Origin: Ostreococcus lucimarinus
Lineage: Eukaryota
DNA: 64,000 bases
Strand: one strand, 5' to 3'
NCBI GenBank assembly: GCA_000092065.1
Contig: CP000600.1
Shown one piece after another: positions 61,205 to 64,000 of this stretch. Each line of letters opens with the position of its first letter. The stretch's first letter is position 1. Below the pieces are notes generated by a model. It saw only the letters and a list, made by a program, of their open reading frames with translations, did no database searches and was not told the origin of the DNA. The translations under genes and the position numbers were made by a program.

Positions 61205-61262
61205 GCGTCGCGATCTCTCGTCGCGCACACGTCGACGCGCCGCCCGGCGCCGCGCGCGCGCC

Positions 61263-62084
61263 ATGGCGCCGCGCGCGCGGCGCATCGACGCGCCGCGCGT
61301 CGCCCGCGCGGACGCGCGCGCGACGTCGACGCTCGGCGACGCGTGCGCGTCGTGCGACGCGTGCGCGTGCGACGACTGCGGCGGATTCATCGTCGACGGT
61401 GGACCGGCGTACGGGCCGAAGCGCGCGCTCGGGGCGCACTTCAGATCGGGCGCGCGCGAGTGGTTCGACACGAGCGGGATGTGCGGGTGCGAGCGACACG
61501 CGCGCGAGGCGTGCGAGACGTGCGAGACGACGCTGCGGCTCGACGGGTTCGCGGGGGGCGGGGATCACGCCGAGTATAACGAGTTCGTGCGACAGTATTT
61601 GCGCGCGGTGCGTCTGCACTGCGACGCGAAGCGTGAGAGTCGCGAGGGCGCGCGCGACGCGTACCATCCGAGCGCGCGACGCGGGACGGCGGTGGAGTGG
61701 GCGAGGGACGGCGCTCTTTTGGGCGCGCTCGTCGTGGCGGCGATTCACTTGAGCCTCAAGCGCGCGAAATCGAAGCGCGGTTCCGACGCGGAGTCGTCGA
61801 GGGTGCTGCAGATGTACGTCGCTTTACTCTGGCGTCGGCCGTTCCCTGAGACGGCGGATCTGATGGACGTCATCGCGAGCGCGGTCCGGAGCGCCGACGC
61901 CGACGCCCGAGCGAAGATTTTTGACGCCCTCGACAAGCCGCGATCGAACGACTTGATGGACTTTGAGGACGCCATTGAGACGCTGATGAGAAGTATGCAG
62001 GCCGGCAGAGTTCTGGGCGTCCGCGACGACTTCATAGCCGCCTTGACCGCGTTGAAGGCCGCGTTGAGCAGAAATCTGCGGTAG
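61263..62084 (+). CDS. Hypothetical protein
   Basis: ATG-initiated 273-aa ORF. Cys-rich N-terminal segment (CASCDACACDDCGG...CGCERHAREACETCE). No family recognised. Confidence 0.3.
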   Translation: MAPRARRIDAPRVARADARATSTLGDACASCDACACDDCGGFIVDGGPAYGPKRALGAHFRSGAREWFDTSGMCGCERHAREACETCETTLRLDGFAGGGDHAEYNEFVRQYLRAVRLHCDAKRESREGARDAYHPSARRGTAVEWARDGALLGALVVAAIHLSLKRAKSKRGSDAESSRVLQMYVALLWRRPFPETADLMDVIASAVRSADADARAKIFDALDKPRSNDLMDFEDAIETLMRSMQAGRVLGVRDDFIAALTALKAALSRNLR

Positions 62085-62773
62085 CGCCGACGCGCGCGCC
62101 GTCGTCGCGCGCGCGCTCTCGCGCGGCGTTCGTCATTCTCACCACTCGCGCTCAGTCTCCGTCGCTCTCACTAGTCTCGCGTAGTTTCCGTTAGTCTCAC
62201 TAGTCTCACTAGTCTCGTTTGTAGTCTCGCCGTTTGCGCTCGCGTCGACGCCGCACACGATGGCGCCGCGAACTACATCGACATTCTCTTTGATCGTGCC
62301 GACAGCGAGGTTATCGCATTCGATGAAGTGCACCGCTTGGCCTCGACGTACCTCGAGGTGTACGACGCGGTCTATACTCCGGATTTAGCCATTAAGTTCC
62401 CCTCCAAGATGACTAAGGCGCTTGGCGCGTTGGCTAAAGCGCTCTTGCACTAGAAAGGCTTGGTTTTCAATTAGAGCCCCTGATTCTTGTAGTTGTATCG
62501 CCAACGGTCGCCGCCATCGCGGCCGCGATCGTGCGTAGAGATTTATTTCTATCACCGCAATCCGGTGCCGAAACCGAATTCGTCGCGATTCGAATTTCAC
62601 TTTTCCTTGTCTCGCGCGGCGTCTCCGCGCGCCCTACTGGTTAACCTGAAGCCGAGGGTCCCAGCATCAGCAAACTCGCGCCGCAGTCTCGCGCGCCCGG
62701 CGCCCGTACGACCGTGTCGCGCATCACGCGCGCCCAGTAACGTATCCACACTCGCGGAGACACACCGAGAACG

Positions 62774-63370
62774 ATGCACGCCGCCGCACACGCGCGCACG
62801 AGCGCTTTCGCCGGCGCAATCCTTGTCCCGAAGCGCGCCGCTGTTCGATCGCGAAACGCGCGCGCCGCGCCCGTGCGCGCGGCGACGACGGAAGAGCGAC
62901 AAGAGCTGTGCAAAGCGGAAATCCCCCCGCACTTGCCGCGAGCGGATTTCGTGAAACAAATGTATCGATGGGCGACGAGCGAGTTCGCGGAGTCCGGGCT
63001 ATCGCGCTACGGCAAGCGCATGGCCGTGGAGTGCATAAACGAGTTAGAAAACGGCGATACGAATGGCGTCTTGGTGCGGTTGTACGATTTCGAAGACGGT
63101 AAGGAAGTTGAAATCGCGCGGTTGATCGCGCAAATGGACGACGAAAAGGTGCAGGTGTGGGACACCATCGTGCCCACGAAGGACGGGGGCATCGAAAAGA
63201 TGAACAGAGACGGCAAGGATAAATTCATCGATGGACGGTTTTTTGTCATTTCTCGACCGTTGCCCGCGAACGAAAACGCCAACGCAGCTTTGAAGGCGAT
63301 GATTAAAAATTTGATGTTGGCCATCAACGCTTACTACTCCTTCGGTTCTCCTTTTGCGGAGGATTTCTAG
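62774..63370 (+). CDS. Hypothetical, probably organelle-targeted small protein
   Basis: ATG at 62774. A/R-rich leader MHAAAHARTSAFAGAILVPKRAAVRSRNARAAPVRA is followed by a globular part ...VLVRLYDFEDGKEVEIARLIAQMDDEKVQVWDTIVPTKDGG...LKAMIKNLMLAINAYYSFGSPFAEDF. No family recognised. Confidence 0.35.
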   Translation: MHAAAHARTSAFAGAILVPKRAAVRSRNARAAPVRAATTEERQELCKAEIPPHLPRADFVKQMYRWATSEFAESGLSRYGKRMAVECINELENGDTNGVLVRLYDFEDGKEVEIARLIAQMDDEKVQVWDTIVPTKDGGIEKMNRDGKDKFIDGRFFVISRPLPANENANAALKAMIKNLMLAINAYYSFGSPFAEDF

Positions 63371-63523
63371 GTCATCGCAGAAGAGCTTTTTCTCCGCGTC
63401 TCGCGGCGGGCGCTTCCGCCCGACCATCGAGCTATATACGTTTAAAAGTTGATCACGCGCACGATGATGTAAGCCTACATTTTCTATTCACTAAAAATCT
63501 ACGACACCTCCTCTCACGCGCCC

Positions 63524-63856
63524 TCAATCCATCCCTCGCATGTACCGCACGCGGTCCACGAGCGCCTTGAAGCTCTTCGGCTCATTCACCGCTAATTCAG
63601 CCAAAATCTTCCGATCCACGCACACGTTCTCCGCCGTGAGCGAGTTAATAAACTCATTATACCGCACTCCGTGCTCCCGCGTCGCCGCGTTGATTCGCGT
63701 GATCCACAGCGCGCGCCAATCGCGTTTTTTATTCCGTCGATCGCGGTACTGGTACTGCCACGCCTTCTCCACGCGATTCCGCGCGATTTTGACGCACGAT
63801 TTCGCTCGACCGCGGAACCCTTTGGCGGCTTTGAAGATCTTATCCTTGATCGCCAT
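63524..63856 (-). CDS. Organellar ribosomal protein bL20
   Basis: MAIKDKIFKAAKGFRGRAKSCVKIARNRVEKAWQYQYRDRRNKKRDWRALWITRINAATREHGVRYNEFINSLTAENVCVDRKILAELAVNEPKSFKALVDRVRYM is a full-length bL20 match. Start at the ATG (MAIKD); the track start is a GTG further upstream. Confidence 0.8.
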   Translation of the reverse strand: MAIKDKIFKAAKGFRGRAKSCVKIARNRVEKAWQYQYRDRRNKKRDWRALWITRINAATREHGVRYNEFINSLTAENVCVDRKILAELAVNEPKSFKALVDRVRYMRGMD

Positions 63857-64000
63857 CGTCCGCGACGCCCCGACGCCGTCGACGCGCGCGCGTCGCGATG
63901 CGGACTCGCGCCGTCGCGGCGCGCGCGCGTCCCCACACTGTCTTGAGTCATGATCCATCACCACAAAATAAATAACACAATCATAGACTTAAAAACACCT

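Noticed and set aside
1-64000. Prokaryotic operon or genomic-island interpretation (MurE, SfsA, Maf, Fmt, RibH and bL19/bL20 are bacterial-type genes)
   Set aside because: These genes are interspersed with strictly eukaryotic genes (nucleoporins, TFIIF, SPF45, ArfGAP, strumpellin). Several carry N-terminal targeting extensions and spliceosomal introns. I read them as nuclear genes of endosymbiotic origin encoding organellar proteins.
1-64000. tRNA, rRNA or transposon search
   Set aside because: Visual scan of the few non-coding stretches (8801–8933, 14442–14545, 40110–40175, 43672–44361, 62085–62773) showed no cloverleaf-compatible segments, no rDNA-like conservation and no terminal inverted repeats or transposase ORFs. 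A dedicated tool would be needed to exclude small ncRNAs.

Overview
The window is a very GC-rich, extremely gene-dense eukaryotic nuclear segment, with about 40 protein-coding genes in 64 kb. Coding runs on both strands in alternating divergent and convergent pairs. It is not prokaryotic: I identified 10 spliceosomal introns across 4 genes (4 in the strumpellin-like gene, 1 each in MPP-beta, the thioredoxin-like gene and NDUFB2) with GT..AG boundaries, N-terminal organellar targeting extensions, nucleoporins, TFIIF-beta, an SPF45/DRT111 splicing factor, an ArfGAP and a WASH-complex subunit. Gene content points to a green-lineage picoalga (Mamiellophyceae, Micromonas-like is my inference). The evidence is a stand-alone plastid-type EPSP synthase with a transit peptide, an isoamylase, a double-AP2 transcription factor, an SfsA homolog, a MurE-like peptidoglycan ligase, lumazine synthase, and TGTAA-type motifs at 3' ends.

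One caution on the ORF track: its 'M' starts are often GTG or TTG, so I re-anchored starts to the first in-frame ATG where I could. Many long ORFs in the track are antisense artefacts of GC3-biased coding DNA. The track also omits edge-truncated ORFs, which hid a glutamate synthase gene running off the left edge on the minus strand.

The items most worth a second look are: a MurE-like ligase in a eukaryote; a strumpellin (WASH complex) homolog split by four AT-rich canonical introns; GC- and purine-rich introns of about 200 nt (one carrying a heptamer microsatellite) that resemble introner-type elements; many bidirectional promoters only 66–225 bp wide; a 19-nt plus 14-nt motif shared by two divergent promoters; a thioredoxin-like protein whose active site is SPSS instead of CGPC; and a helicase-like protein fused to a W2 domain. 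I found no rRNA, tRNA, CRISPR or obvious transposon.
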